Origin: Candidatus Nomurabacteria bacterium RIFCSPLOWO2_01_FULL_41_18 | Lineage (GTDB): Bacteria; Patescibacteriota; Minisyncoccia; Phycocordibacterales; UBA9973 | NCBI GenBank assembly: GCA_001785865.1 | Contig: MFUZ01000006.1 | Location: forward strand, 176,880-240,879 | Direction of reading: 5' to 3' | Length of the DNA: 64,000 nucleotides | Part shown: piece by piece, positions 52,155 through 61,144 of the stretch | How the letters are laid out: every line of letters starts with the position of its first letter | Position numbering within the stretch: the stretch's first letter is position 1 | Made by a program: the position numbers and the translations under genes | The notes under the pieces: model-generated | What the model was told of the DNA's origin: nothing | The model's database searches: none | The model's input: the letters and a program-made list of their open reading frames with translations, nothing else

Positions 52155-53321
52155 ATGATAAGAAATATTTCAGTCGGAATAGACGTCGGATCAGGAACGA
52201 CCAGAGTCGTGGTGGGAGAATTCACAAAGGGAGAAAAAAATCCTAGGATTGTTGGCGTGGGCGAAGGAGAAACATTCGGCGTTCGCAGCGGTTATGTGGT
52301 AGATCCAAATGAAGCGCTAGAATCGGTCAGGAAAGCTGTCAGCATGGCGGAAAAATCTGCTGGAATAAAAATCAAGCGCGCCTTCATCTCAGTCGGAGGC
52401 TTGAGCTTGCGCGGAGAAGCCAGTTCTGGTTCGACCATCATTTCCAAGGCTGACGGCGAAGTAACCAACCTCGATGTAAATAAGGCTCTGCAGGACTGCG
52501 AGGATAATCTTAATCTGACCAACAAAAAAATCATCCAGATGTTCCATAGCTCTTCTCGGCTAGATGGAAAAGAAGTGTTGGGGCGCTTGGAAGGCATGCG
52601 AGGAACTCGGCTCGAGGTCAAAGCTTTTTTCATCACCTATTCCCTGCAACATCTAGAGGACTTGATAGAAATCATCGCCCAAGCGGGAGTGGAAACCATC
52701 GACGTGGTCGCTTCCCCCATCGCTATCGCTGAAATCACCCTATCTAAAAAACAAAAGATCGCCGGTGTCGGCCTGGTAAACATCGGACACCGCACCACTA
52801 CGCTAGCGGTATTTGAAAATGGAGTACCGACAGCGCTCCATACTTTTTCGATCGGCGGAGCCGACATCACCAATGACATTGCGCTTGGATTCAAAGTTCC
52901 GCTCGAGACTGCAGAGTCCTATAAACAAGGAAATAATATGGAAGAGAACTTTTCTAAAAAGAAATTAGACGAGATCATTGAAGCGAGGCTCTCGGATATT
53001 TTTGAACTCATAGAGAATCACTTGAGAAAAATAAAACGGAACGAACTTTTGCCGGCCGGGATAGTGTTTGTCGGCGGGGGCTCGAACACGCCAAAGCTTG
53101 TCGAGCTTTCGAAATCTATATTGAAGCTCCCTTCCGGATTGGGAACGACTGAAATTTTTGGGAACAATAAAACAAAACTTCGCGACTCTGCCTGGTTTAC
53201 AGCCATTGGTCTGGTCATCTCTGGACGAAACAACGATGACTATTCCGAAGGATCATTAAAAAACTTATTCAAGGACGTAAAAAATACTATAAAATCAAGC
53301 ATCAAGCAGTTGATGCCGTAA
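52155..53321 (+). CDS. ftsA: Cell division protein FtsA
   Basis: GIDVGS, IGGADITNDIA, IIEARL, VGGGS. Confidence 0.94.
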   Translation: MIRNISVGIDVGSGTTRVVVGEFTKGEKNPRIVGVGEGETFGVRSGYVVDPNEALESVRKAVSMAEKSAGIKIKRAFISVGGLSLRGEASSGSTIISKADGEVTNLDVNKALQDCEDNLNLTNKKIIQMFHSSSRLDGKEVLGRLEGMRGTRLEVKAFFITYSLQHLEDLIEIIAQAGVETIDVVASPIAIAEITLSKKQKIAGVGLVNIGHRTTTLAVFENGVPTALHTFSIGGADITNDIALGFKVPLETAESYKQGNNMEENFSKKKLDEIIEARLSDIFELIENHLRKIKRNELLPAGIVFVGGGSNTPKLVELSKSILKLPSGLGTTEIFGNNKTKLRDSAWFTAIGLVISGRNNDDYSEGSLKNLFKDVKNTIKSSIKQLMP

Positions 53322-53351
53322 AGATTTGCTTTTTTTTACGCCAGTGCTAAG

Positions 53352-54572
53352 ATGATGGATATGCCAAAAATAAACCAAGAAATACAAACTTTCGCTCGCA
53401 TTATGGTCATTGGGGTAGGAGGATCGGGGAAAAACGCAGTCAATCATATGATAAACTCGAAGGTCAAAGGAGTATCCTTCATCTGCATGAATACCGACAC
53501 CCAAGACCTACATCACTCTCTCGCTGATAAGAAGATCCATATCGGAAAAAATCTTACCAAGGGTCTCGGCGCCGGAATGGATCCAGAGACCGGCAAGAAA
53601 GCGGCCGAAGAAACAAAATCCGAGATCCAAGACGTCATCAAAGGAGCTGACATGATCTTTATCGCCTGCGGAATGGGCGGAGGCACTGGCACTGGCGCAG
53701 CCCCGATAATAGCTCGCGCAGCTAGAGAGCAAGGGATACTCACTGTCGCCGTCACGACCAAGCCTTTCTTCTTTGAAGGAAATTATAGAATGAAAATAGC
53801 AGAAAAAGGAATCGAGGAACTCGCAAAGGAAGTGGATGCGATCATTGTCATTCCAAATGACAAACTTCTTCAATTGTCGGACAAAAATACCAACTTCAAA
53901 GATGCATTCAGCAACTGTGACAATATCCTACGCCAGGCGGTAGAGGGAATCTCAGACCTTATCACCACTCCCGGAGTCATCAACGTAGACTTCGCAGATA
54001 TCAAAGCTGTCATGCGAGATGCGGGAAGCGCGCTTATGGGCATCGGACTTGCCTCCGGCGAAAAGCGCGCTGAAAAAGCCGCCCTTATGGCGATAAATTC
54101 CCCTCTCCTCGAAATTTCGATCCACGGCGCCAAAGGAGTGCTGTTTGCTATCTCTGGCGGAGATGACCTGACTATTCACGAGATACAGGAAGCAGCGAAA
54201 ATAATCACTGAATCTATCGACAAGGATGCCAAAGTCATATTCGGTACGATACGTGATGAAAATATGAAAAAAGGCGAGTTGAAAGTGACTGTCATCGCCA
54301 CAAACTTCCCTGCTGATATGCCCAGGAAGAGTCTCTTTGGCAGCACTGGAGCTACACAGCCCGGCCCATTGCTCAAAGAAGATAATGCACTCATGGCAAA
54401 AAAAGATATAAACAGTAGCATCAATAGCGCCAAAGGTGGCAATACAAATATAAGCAACAATGATTTCATAAAGAAGGGAGACAAGAAATCTGACCCTATC
54501 GAAGATATAGTGATCGAAGACAATACTGATGACTGGAGCGCTGTTCCAGCATTTCTACGAAGGAAGAAATAG
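53352..54572 (+). CDS. ftsZ: Cell division protein FtsZ
   Basis: GMGGGTGTG, NVDFAD, C-terminal VPAFLRRK. Confidence 0.98.
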   Translation: MMDMPKINQEIQTFARIMVIGVGGSGKNAVNHMINSKVKGVSFICMNTDTQDLHHSLADKKIHIGKNLTKGLGAGMDPETGKKAAEETKSEIQDVIKGADMIFIACGMGGGTGTGAAPIIARAAREQGILTVAVTTKPFFFEGNYRMKIAEKGIEELAKEVDAIIVIPNDKLLQLSDKNTNFKDAFSNCDNILRQAVEGISDLITTPGVINVDFADIKAVMRDAGSALMGIGLASGEKRAEKAALMAINSPLLEISIHGAKGVLFAISGGDDLTIHEIQEAAKIITESIDKDAKVIFGTIRDENMKKGELKVTVIATNFPADMPRKSLFGSTGATQPGPLLKEDNALMAKKDINSSINSAKGGNTNISNNDFIKKGDKKSDPIEDIVIEDNTDDWSAVPAFLRRKK

Positions 54573-54606
54573 GAAAAAACTTGACGCTTAGTATATAATG
54601 TAAGAT

Positions 54607-55551
54607 ATGACTTACGATTTGATAATAATTGGTGGTGGGCCGGCTGGGGCGGCTGCTGCTGTTTACGCTTCTCGTAAAAAACTTCAAACACTTTTTATAA
54701 CTGCCGAATGGGGAGGGCAATCTGTCGTGTCTGAAAAGATTTTTAACTGGATCGGGACAACTTCCCTTTCGGGTAATGAGCTCGCGGACAATTTCAAAAA
54801 ACATGTTTTAGCTAATGCTAAAAGCGCTGAAAACACAAATCCTACTTTAGAAGTAAAAGAAGGCGAGAAAGTAACTAGTATAGAAAGACAGGGAGAATTA
54901 TTTTTAGTCAAAACAGAGTCTGGTCAAGAATTTTTAAATAAAACTGTTCTCATAACCAGTGGCAGTGGACGCAGAAAGCTTATGGCAAAAAATGCAGACA
55001 GACTGGAGCACAAAGGCCTCACTTATTGTGCTTCTTGTGATGGACCTCTTTTTGAAGGGCAAGATGTAATAGTTATTGGTGGAGGCAATGCAGGCTTTGA
55101 ATCTGCTGCTCAGCTCCTCGCCTATTGTAAATCTGTAACACTTTTGCACAGAAGTGAGAATTTCCGTGCGGACGAAATAACTGTGGAAAAGGTTCTAAAG
55201 AATCCAAGGATGAAGGCTATTAAAAATCTGGATATTTTGGAAGTAAAAGGCGATAAATTTGTGGAAGGAATAGTTTATAAAGACAAAATTACAGGTGAAC
55301 AAACAGAACTAAAAGTCTCAGGAATTTTTGTTGAAATAGGACAGATTCCAAATACTGATTTCATAAAGGACCTTGTTCCACTTGATTCCATTGGGCGTAT
55401 TAAAATAAATCCACTAAACCAAAAAACAGAAGTTCCGGGCATTTGGGCGGCTGGCGACTGCACTGATGTCCTCTATCATCAAAACAACATCGCTGCCGGC
55501 GACGCTGTGCGGGCACTTGAAGATATTTATCTTGCGATACATGCAAAGTAG
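54607..55551 (+). CDS. trxB: Thioredoxin reductase (TrxB/AhpF-like)
   Basis: GGGPAG, CASCDG, GGGNAG, AAGD. Confidence 0.88.
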   Translation: MTYDLIIIGGGPAGAAAAVYASRKKLQTLFITAEWGGQSVVSEKIFNWIGTTSLSGNELADNFKKHVLANAKSAENTNPTLEVKEGEKVTSIERQGELFLVKTESGQEFLNKTVLITSGSGRRKLMAKNADRLEHKGLTYCASCDGPLFEGQDVIVIGGGNAGFESAAQLLAYCKSVTLLHRSENFRADEITVEKVLKNPRMKAIKNLDILEVKGDKFVEGIVYKDKITGEQTELKVSGIFVEIGQIPNTDFIKDLVPLDSIGRIKINPLNQKTEVPGIWAAGDCTDVLYHQNNIAAGDAVRALEDIYLAIHAK

Positions 55552-55556
55552 CATTT

Positions 55557-55591
55557 ACACAAAAAAACACCCTGAAGGTGTTTTTTTGTGT
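55557..55591. terminator. Bidirectional terminator
   Basis: ACACAAAAAAACACC-CTGAA-GGTGTTTTTTTGTGT between convergent genes. Confidence 0.75.
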
Positions 55592-55606
55592 GTGTAATCT
55601 ATAAAT

Positions 55607-55777
55607 TTATTTCTTATCCTCCATTCCATGCCCCTTTGGATCTGCCATGCAACATTGGCCTACTGGTTTGCCAGATCCACAAAAACACTTTTCCATCATT
55701 CCACAGCACGCTCCGTACATTTTTCCAGATCCACATTTGCAATCCTCCATTAATTTTGCTTTTTGTGTTTCGTCCAT
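55607..55777 (-). CDS. 56-aa protein with two SEC-C-type metal-binding motifs (missed by ORF track)
   Basis: MDETQKAKLMEDCKCGSGKMYGACCGMMEKCFCGSGKPVGQCCMADPKGHGMEDKK. Confidence 0.8.
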   Translation of the reverse strand: MDETQKAKLMEDCKCGSGKMYGACCGMMEKCFCGSGKPVGQCCMADPKGHGMEDKK

Positions 55778-55940
55778 ACTTTTTAAATAAATTAAATTAT
55801 AATTGTAATTGTACCGAGAGATACGAGTGACTAAGACGCATCTATCATACTCGTCTATTATACCATAAATTGACTAGAGATTTTTTTTAGGATAATCTTT
55901 TAGAGAAAACAAGCAGTCAACCCTTAACGGAGACAAAAAC

Positions 55941-56552
55941 ATGATCTTTAAGCAAGCACTCAACAGGCGGAAGTTTGTTCGGAATTTCGGCATCCTGTCG
56001 ACAACTCTTTTAGCACACAAGGGAGTCGCCAGCATCACCAATTTGGTTTCGTCTCGACTGAAATACGAAAAAGTGGTGGTCAACGGCACGGAGATTTTCC
56101 GAGTTGTTGCAACACCTTCACCAACAAATTCAGTTTGGGAACTGCAACAGTCTCTGGATGCAGGAACGTCATGGACGACTATCACAAACGCCACTTCTAT
56201 TGGTGGGGGCAAAATCCAATGGGATGCGTCGTCGATAAAAAAAGCCGAATTTTTTCGGGCAAAGATAGTCACAGCAACAATCACGGTCCCAAACAATACT
56301 CCTTATGACATCCCTTTGATTGAGGGGCAAAAGTTATTTGACGCCATGGAAAGCCTTAAATTGGTTATTCCATCGTTCACTTTCACCTCCCAGTTTCACA
56401 CTGGTCTCGGTCAGTTTGTGACCAGCATCAATGGGACGAGCCAAGGAGGAGGCTTGAAGTGGATCCTATTCGTCAACGGAGTCTCCTCGACCAAAGGAAG
56501 CTCACAATTAGCGCTAAACGCAGGCAACCATATGGAATGGCGCTTAATCTAA
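55941..56552 (+). CDS. Twin-arginine-signal protein with C-terminal DUF4430 (transcobalamin-like) domain
   Basis: NRRKFV signal; GLGQFVTSING...WILFVNG..S.KG...L..G..MEW; terminator 56573-56615. Confidence 0.75.
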   Translation: MIFKQALNRRKFVRNFGILSTTLLAHKGVASITNLVSSRLKYEKVVVNGTEIFRVVATPSPTNSVWELQQSLDAGTSWTTITNATSIGGGKIQWDASSIKKAEFFRAKIVTATITVPNNTPYDIPLIEGQKLFDAMESLKLVIPSFTFTSQFHTGLGQFVTSINGTSQGGGLKWILFVNGVSSTKGSSQLALNAGNHMEWRLI

Positions 56553-56652
56553 TCGGTTTTATCGGTAACAAACACGGCTGGTAAGGGTTTCCCTTGCCAG
56601 CCTGTTCTTTTTTTTACTTGCAACTATTTTTAAAGAGAATATAATATGTTTA

Positions 56653-56744
56653 CTGTTATATGGTGGAAATGAGGTTAGATTCCTCTACTGTGCCGCAACG
56701 GTAATATCATAAATTTTATGATTAGTCCGGTCTTCATGTAACAG
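56653..56744 (+). promoter_or_regulatory. Cobalamin riboswitch aptamer (short form)
   Basis: GGAA...GGTTAGATTCC...ACTG.GCCGCAACGGTAA...AGTCCG closed by CTGTTATATG/CATGTAACAG; promoter TTGCAA-16-TATAAT just upstream; DUF4430 genes downstream. Confidence 0.85.
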
Positions 56745-56783
56745 AGCTTCCGAGCAGAAGATTTTTTCATAGAAACTTTTATG

Positions 56784-56815
56784 ATATCTTCCCGCCCGGG
56801 TAAGATATTTTTTTT
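56784..56815 (+). terminator. Riboswitch expression-platform terminator
   Basis: ATATCTTCCC-GCCC-GGGTAAGATAT followed by a T-run; alternative pairing with CCGAGCAGAAGAT at 56750-56762. Confidence 0.7.
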
Positions 56816-56891
56816 ATGTGACCCTTCTAAATAATCAGGCCTTCGCTCTGAGACTCAGGCTCGAAGAGGTCATGGTGAGTAAAACCGAACC

Positions 56892-57401
56892 ATGAAAAAT
56901 CCAAAAAAACTATATATTGAAACAATTATTTTATTATTTTTTTGTGTTGTTATATTTTTTGTATATACAAAAGAAGAGAAAATCACCACCCCGTCTCAAG
57001 TAAAAACCGAAGCTCCCCTCCTTGATAAGGAGGGGGTTCCGGCTGGTAATTTAAAAAAGAACCACCTCGCCTCTGGCACTCCTCCTCAACAAGGAAGAGA
57101 GGAAACTATCCCAGAAAATACTCAATCTGCAACTGTCCTAGCTGGAGAAATGAACATAAATTTATCATTTCTCCCAAATACTATTTTCTATGATGCACTC
57201 ATACAAGCAAGAGATGCTAATAAAATAACATTTTCCGGTAAAAATTATCCTGGGCTTGGATTTTTTGTAACCGACATCGGCACCCTGCATGCAGGCAGTA
57301 GAAAATACTTGATTTATTACATTAATGGGAAGGAGGCGACCGTCGGCGTCTCGGCTTATACACTCAAAAAGGGCGACGTCATCGAGTGGAAATTGGAATA
57401 A
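56892..57401 (+). CDS. Membrane-anchored DUF4430 (transcobalamin-like) protein
   Basis: N-terminal TM; YPGLGFFVTDI...YYINGKEATVGVSAYTL..GDVIEW. Confidence 0.85.
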   Translation: MKNPKKLYIETIILLFFCVVIFFVYTKEEKITTPSQVKTEAPLLDKEGVPAGNLKKNHLASGTPPQQGREETIPENTQSATVLAGEMNINLSFLPNTIFYDALIQARDANKITFSGKNYPGLGFFVTDIGTLHAGSRKYLIYYINGKEATVGVSAYTLKKGDVIEWKLE

Positions 57402-57450
57402 CATGACCCATTCGAGAAAACCTCAGGGTCATGGTGAGTATAATCGAACC

Positions 57451-59526
57451 ATGACAAATATATTAAAATTGAGTTTGTTGTGTCTGATGGTGTTTAGTTT
57501 TACTGTAAATATTTATGCAGAAGATACTGAAATAGTTGATCCAGAACCAGTACTCCCTCCAGCCGAAATTCCTCTAGATCCAATTCCAGATCCCGTGCCA
57601 GAACCTGATCCAGCACCAACAGTTACATTTATAATTAGAAATGGTGATACATTGATCTACCAAGACACAACCCCTCTTCCTGACATAGAAAATGATAGAA
57701 ATGTATTATCAGTTTTGCAATCTATTGATGAATCAAGTGATGCATTTTCTATAACAAACATTCAAGAATTTTCTTTCGGTAAATATTTAAAATGCATATT
57801 ACCAACTGATGCGACAGAGCTATGCGACAATTGGCAATACGCCGTCGGAAATTTGACGCCTTTCTCGAGCATAGATACTACAATGCTCGTAGGCGGCGAA
57901 ACAGTAGGCATATATTTCGGCACATCGCACCAGCTCGTCTTGAGCAACGAACGCATTACTGAAGGCGGATCATTGACTGCCACTGCTCAAAAATATAATT
58001 ATGAAACCAACGCATGGGATATATTGGAAGGTGTCTCCGTGGGCGTGACCCTGCCAAATCCCGATGACGCCTGGAATCCGATAGTGGTCTCGACCCACCC
58101 TGTCGATGATGTGGGAATAGCAACTATCACCATCGCCGAAGAAAACACATTCACACTCGGCATCGTGGAAGATTTTTACTTTCCTTCATACACCGTAGTC
58201 GTCGAAAAATCCGAAGAAGACGGCGAAAATGGAAGCGAGAATGAGGGAACGAACGGAAGCAACCCTACCCCACACTCTTTCAGCACCGCAGACGCTTTGT
58301 CGTATCTGAAAAGCATGCAAAGCGAAGACGGATCATTCGGAGACTCCGATCTGTACACAGACTGGGCAGGAATTGCTTTTGGATCTATGAATGTAGGCGG
58401 AAGTTCAAAAACTAAAATTCTTTCTTATTTTGAATCTAATAACGAAATTAGTTCCCTTTTGACCGACAATGAAAGGCGTGCGATGACACTTCTCGCGCTT
58501 GATAAAAATCCATATTCTTTTGGTGATGATGAAGTAAATTACATAAAAGCTATTGTGGATGAGTTTGATGGTGAACAGTTTGGTGATGCAGACTTAGTTA
58601 ATGATGATATTTTTGCTTTGATTCCACTTCAAAATGCTGGTTACAATGAAAACGACGATATGATTATAGAAGACATCACTTTTATAATTTCAAAACAAAA
58701 AAGTAACGGCTCATGGGAAGAAAGCGTAGACGTCACAGCGGCAGCTATCCAAGCACTTGAAGCTTTTGATGGAGTAGATGGGGTTTCAAATGCACTCTCG
58801 CAAGCAAGTGCTTATCTCGAAAATGAACAAAACAGTGACGGTGGTTGGGGTAATGTTTCTTCTACAAGTTGGGCAATGCAAGCAGAAAGTGCGCTAAATA
58901 CGTCATGGTCAAAAAATGGAAAAGATGGACTTGATTATCTAGCGACAGGGCAAGAAGAAGACGGCGCAGTTTCCCCTACCGAAGAGACACTTGAAAATCG
59001 CATTTGGGCAACGAGTTATGCAGTTGCCGGAGCTTCGGGAAAGTCATGGGGTGAAATTATGAATTCAGTTTCAAAACCATCAAATCAAGAAGAGAATTCT
59101 GGGAATAATAATGAAAATGATTCAGATGATGAAAATGATTCTAGAGATGACACAGAAGATGAAATAGAGGATGTTGCTCCAGAAGAAACCCAAATTAAAA
59201 CAGTTGTCTGCCCTGTCGGAGATTTTTTTAACGCGACGACTGGAGAGTGGTGCACCGAATTTGTGGTGATAAATAATCCACCAATTATTAAACAAGAAAC
59301 AAAAATAGTAAAAAAAATAGAGATAGTGGAAACTCTAGCGGAAGAAAAAACATTAGGAGAACAAACTTTAACAACAACAGAGACCCTGACAGCAACAGCT
59401 ATCGGTACATTACCTACCGAGCAAAGTGTGCCACCGGAAAAAACTTCCAGTACGACCCCGATTGTTCTCGGAACTCTCGGAGGAATCGTTCTTCTTTATA
59501 TTGCCGCTAAGTTTTTGATCAAATAA
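57451..59526 (+). CDS. Surface protein: DUF4430-like domain, alpha/alpha-barrel (prenyltransferase-type) repeats, acidic linker, C-terminal TM anchor
   Basis: Signal peptide; FGKYLKCI...WQYAV; YL...Q..DG.F/W repeats x4; C-terminal hydrophobic helix plus Lys. Confidence 0.82.
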   Translation: MTNILKLSLLCLMVFSFTVNIYAEDTEIVDPEPVLPPAEIPLDPIPDPVPEPDPAPTVTFIIRNGDTLIYQDTTPLPDIENDRNVLSVLQSIDESSDAFSITNIQEFSFGKYLKCILPTDATELCDNWQYAVGNLTPFSSIDTTMLVGGETVGIYFGTSHQLVLSNERITEGGSLTATAQKYNYETNAWDILEGVSVGVTLPNPDDAWNPIVVSTHPVDDVGIATITIAEENTFTLGIVEDFYFPSYTVVVEKSEEDGENGSENEGTNGSNPTPHSFSTADALSYLKSMQSEDGSFGDSDLYTDWAGIAFGSMNVGGSSKTKILSYFESNNEISSLLTDNERRAMTLLALDKNPYSFGDDEVNYIKAIVDEFDGEQFGDADLVNDDIFALIPLQNAGYNENDDMIIEDITFIISKQKSNGSWEESVDVTAAAIQALEAFDGVDGVSNALSQASAYLENEQNSDGGWGNVSSTSWAMQAESALNTSWSKNGKDGLDYLATGQEEDGAVSPTEETLENRIWATSYAVAGASGKSWGEIMNSVSKPSNQEENSGNNNENDSDDENDSRDDTEDEIEDVAPEETQIKTVVCPVGDFFNATTGEWCTEFVVINNPPIIKQETKIVKKIEIVETLAEEKTLGEQTLTTTETLTATAIGTLPTEQSVPPEKTSSTTPIVLGTLGGIVLLYIAAKFLIK

Positions 59527-59530
59527 AATG

Positions 59531-59615
59531 CGGAGATGGTGAGATTTGAACTCACGATACCTTGCGGTATGCCGGTTTTCGAAACCGGTGCTTTAAACCT
59601 CTCAGCCACATCTCC
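59531..59615 (-). tRNA. tRNA-Ser(CGA)
   Basis: GGAGATG...CATCTCC-G; anticodon arm CCGGT-TTCGAAA-ACCGG; long variable arm. Confidence 0.95.
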
Positions 59616-59724
59616 ATGTCTTTTAATCTAGCATTTTTTAAAATTTTGGCTAGAAATTAAACAAGGCTTGGAGTTGTACTCCAAGCCTTGCGATGATAAA
59701 ACCCTGATACCCTATTTACCATAC

Positions 59725-59913
59725 TTACCGTCCTACGAGTGAAAGCACCTGACTCTGGAACCGAAGTCCCGTGCCAGTGATCCCTTCATCGGAAACCTTC
59801 GTATTAGTAACGAATGGCATCCAATCCCCTTGCCTTGAACTGTAAACTGCGTTCCACGCCTTCTGTGCAAGTGACGTGAAATATTGTGGGTGTGAGATTG
59901 TTTTCTCGTGCAT
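59725..59913 (-). CDS. Small orphan ORF (62 aa) in a cassette
   Basis: Promoter TTGACA-17-TAGGAT (60007-60035), A/C-rich leader, terminator CAAGGCTTGGAG-TTGTA-CTCCAAGCCTTG. Confidence 0.5.
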   Translation of the reverse strand: MHEKTISHPQYFTSLAQKAWNAVYSSRQGDWMPFVTNTKVSDEGITGTGLRFQSQVLSLVGR

Positions 59914-60097
59914 TTTTGGTTTTAGTTGGGTTTTTGGTTGTTGGGTTGTGCTATGAATTCTCCTCCCGAAGAATCCACAGCGGGTGAACATTAAAACTAC
60001 AAAAATATCCTAGCACGCTTGCTAATTTTTGTCAAGTGTTGTGAAATAATAAAATTAAATTTGTTTTTTTAAAAAAAATGTTATAGTATCCAACATT

Positions 60098-60169
60098 GGC
60101 CCTATCGTCTAACGGTTAGGACAACGGGTTTTCAATCCGTTAATCGCAGTTCGATTCTGCGTAGGGTCA
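60098..60169 (+). tRNA. tRNA-Glu(TTC)
   Basis: GGCCCTA...TAGGGTC-A; anticodon arm ACGGG-TTTTCAA-TCCGT. Confidence 0.95.
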
Positions 60170-60391
60170 CAGCTACATAAAACAAACCCACTGCTGGGCT
60201 TTTTTATGTGCTGTGACGACCGCAGTGATGTTTTGTCAGTAGACAAAACCACGAGGAGCGGACTGCGAAAATTCTGAGTGACGAAGAAGAATTATTTGTG
60301 GTCACATTTTTGTAAAAAATTGCAAAAAAAAGTGGCCTGCGTTTTCCACGCAGGCCAGTGCACCCAATTTGTAGTTATACGAACCTACTGC

Positions 60392-60592
60392 TTACGCAAA
60401 CCTCATCACCCGATCCTGATCACCACTCCTCCTCCAGTCGGCGACAATGCCACGACTGGTTGGACGAGAAATCAATCTCGGATCATGCCACGTCCTGAAT
60501 CTGATGGTGGGACGATCCAAGCGAACAGGATTTGCTGAGGTTTCTTTGAGACCCTGCCTTACTGCAGGCGCCGTTGCGTTTTGCGTTTGCAT
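60392..60592 (-). CDS. Small Arg-rich orphan ORF in a cassette
   Basis: Promoter TTGCTT-17-TACAGT (60689-60717), structured then A-rich leader, terminator TGGCCTGCG...CGCAGGCCA. Confidence 0.5.
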   Translation of the reverse strand: MQTQNATAPAVRQGLKETSANPVRLDRPTIRFRTWHDPRLISRPTSRGIVADWRRSGDQDRVMRFA

Positions 60593-60865
60593 TTTTTTTG
60601 TTTTTCGTTTTTGGTTTTACGTTGCTGCTCTTGGTTGAGGAACCAATATGTCGGTGGAGAACCGACACCGAAGAACAGCTTCAAAAAGACTGTACCACAT
60701 CTTCTTTAATAAAGCAATTTTTCCACAATCCCTTTAAAAATAAGCCTAAAAATCAGTGATTGACTTTTGAGTATGAATATGCTATACTGTAGAGAGTAGG
60801 TAGTAAATAGTTCAAACAACGGTCTCCTTAAAATGGGGACTGCAACAATTCAACCGAAAGAGATT

Positions 60866-61057
60866 ATGAAGTCAAAAAATTCACTCAATGCGAAGTGGTC
60901 TCGGCAAAGATACGAAGACAACAACGAGATCATGAGACTTGGGATATGGGGCATGGCATCGGCTACAGCAGTTTGGTTCACAATCTGCGCCACTTGTAGC
61001 AACGAGTCGGCAACGCATCTGGTGGACTGCTTCCGACACATCGTCGCCAACTGGTAA
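60866..61057 (+). CDS. Small single-TM orphan ORF in a cassette
   Basis: Promoter 60760-60788, leader TCAACCGAAAGAGATT-ATG, terminator AGCGCCAAGG...CCTTCGGCGCT. Confidence 0.5.
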   Translation: MKSKNSLNAKWSRQRYEDNNEIMRLGIWGMASATAVWFTICATCSNESATHLVDCFRHIVANW

Positions 61058-61144
61058 TCTCATGAAAACATCAAATCGTCGAGCGCCAAGGTTCTATTCC
61101 TTCGGCGCTTTACTGTTTTTATATATACTTTATAATCATACTTA

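Noticed and set aside
57325-57450. N-terminal extension in the ORF track (733-aa version)
   Set aside because: Overlaps the upstream gene and runs through a repeat; the signal peptide starts at ATG 57451.
57451-59526. Squalene-hopene cyclase or prenyltransferase enzyme
   Set aside because: No DxDDTA catalytic motif; it has a signal peptide and membrane anchor and sits under a cobalamin riboswitch, so the barrel is more likely a binding scaffold.
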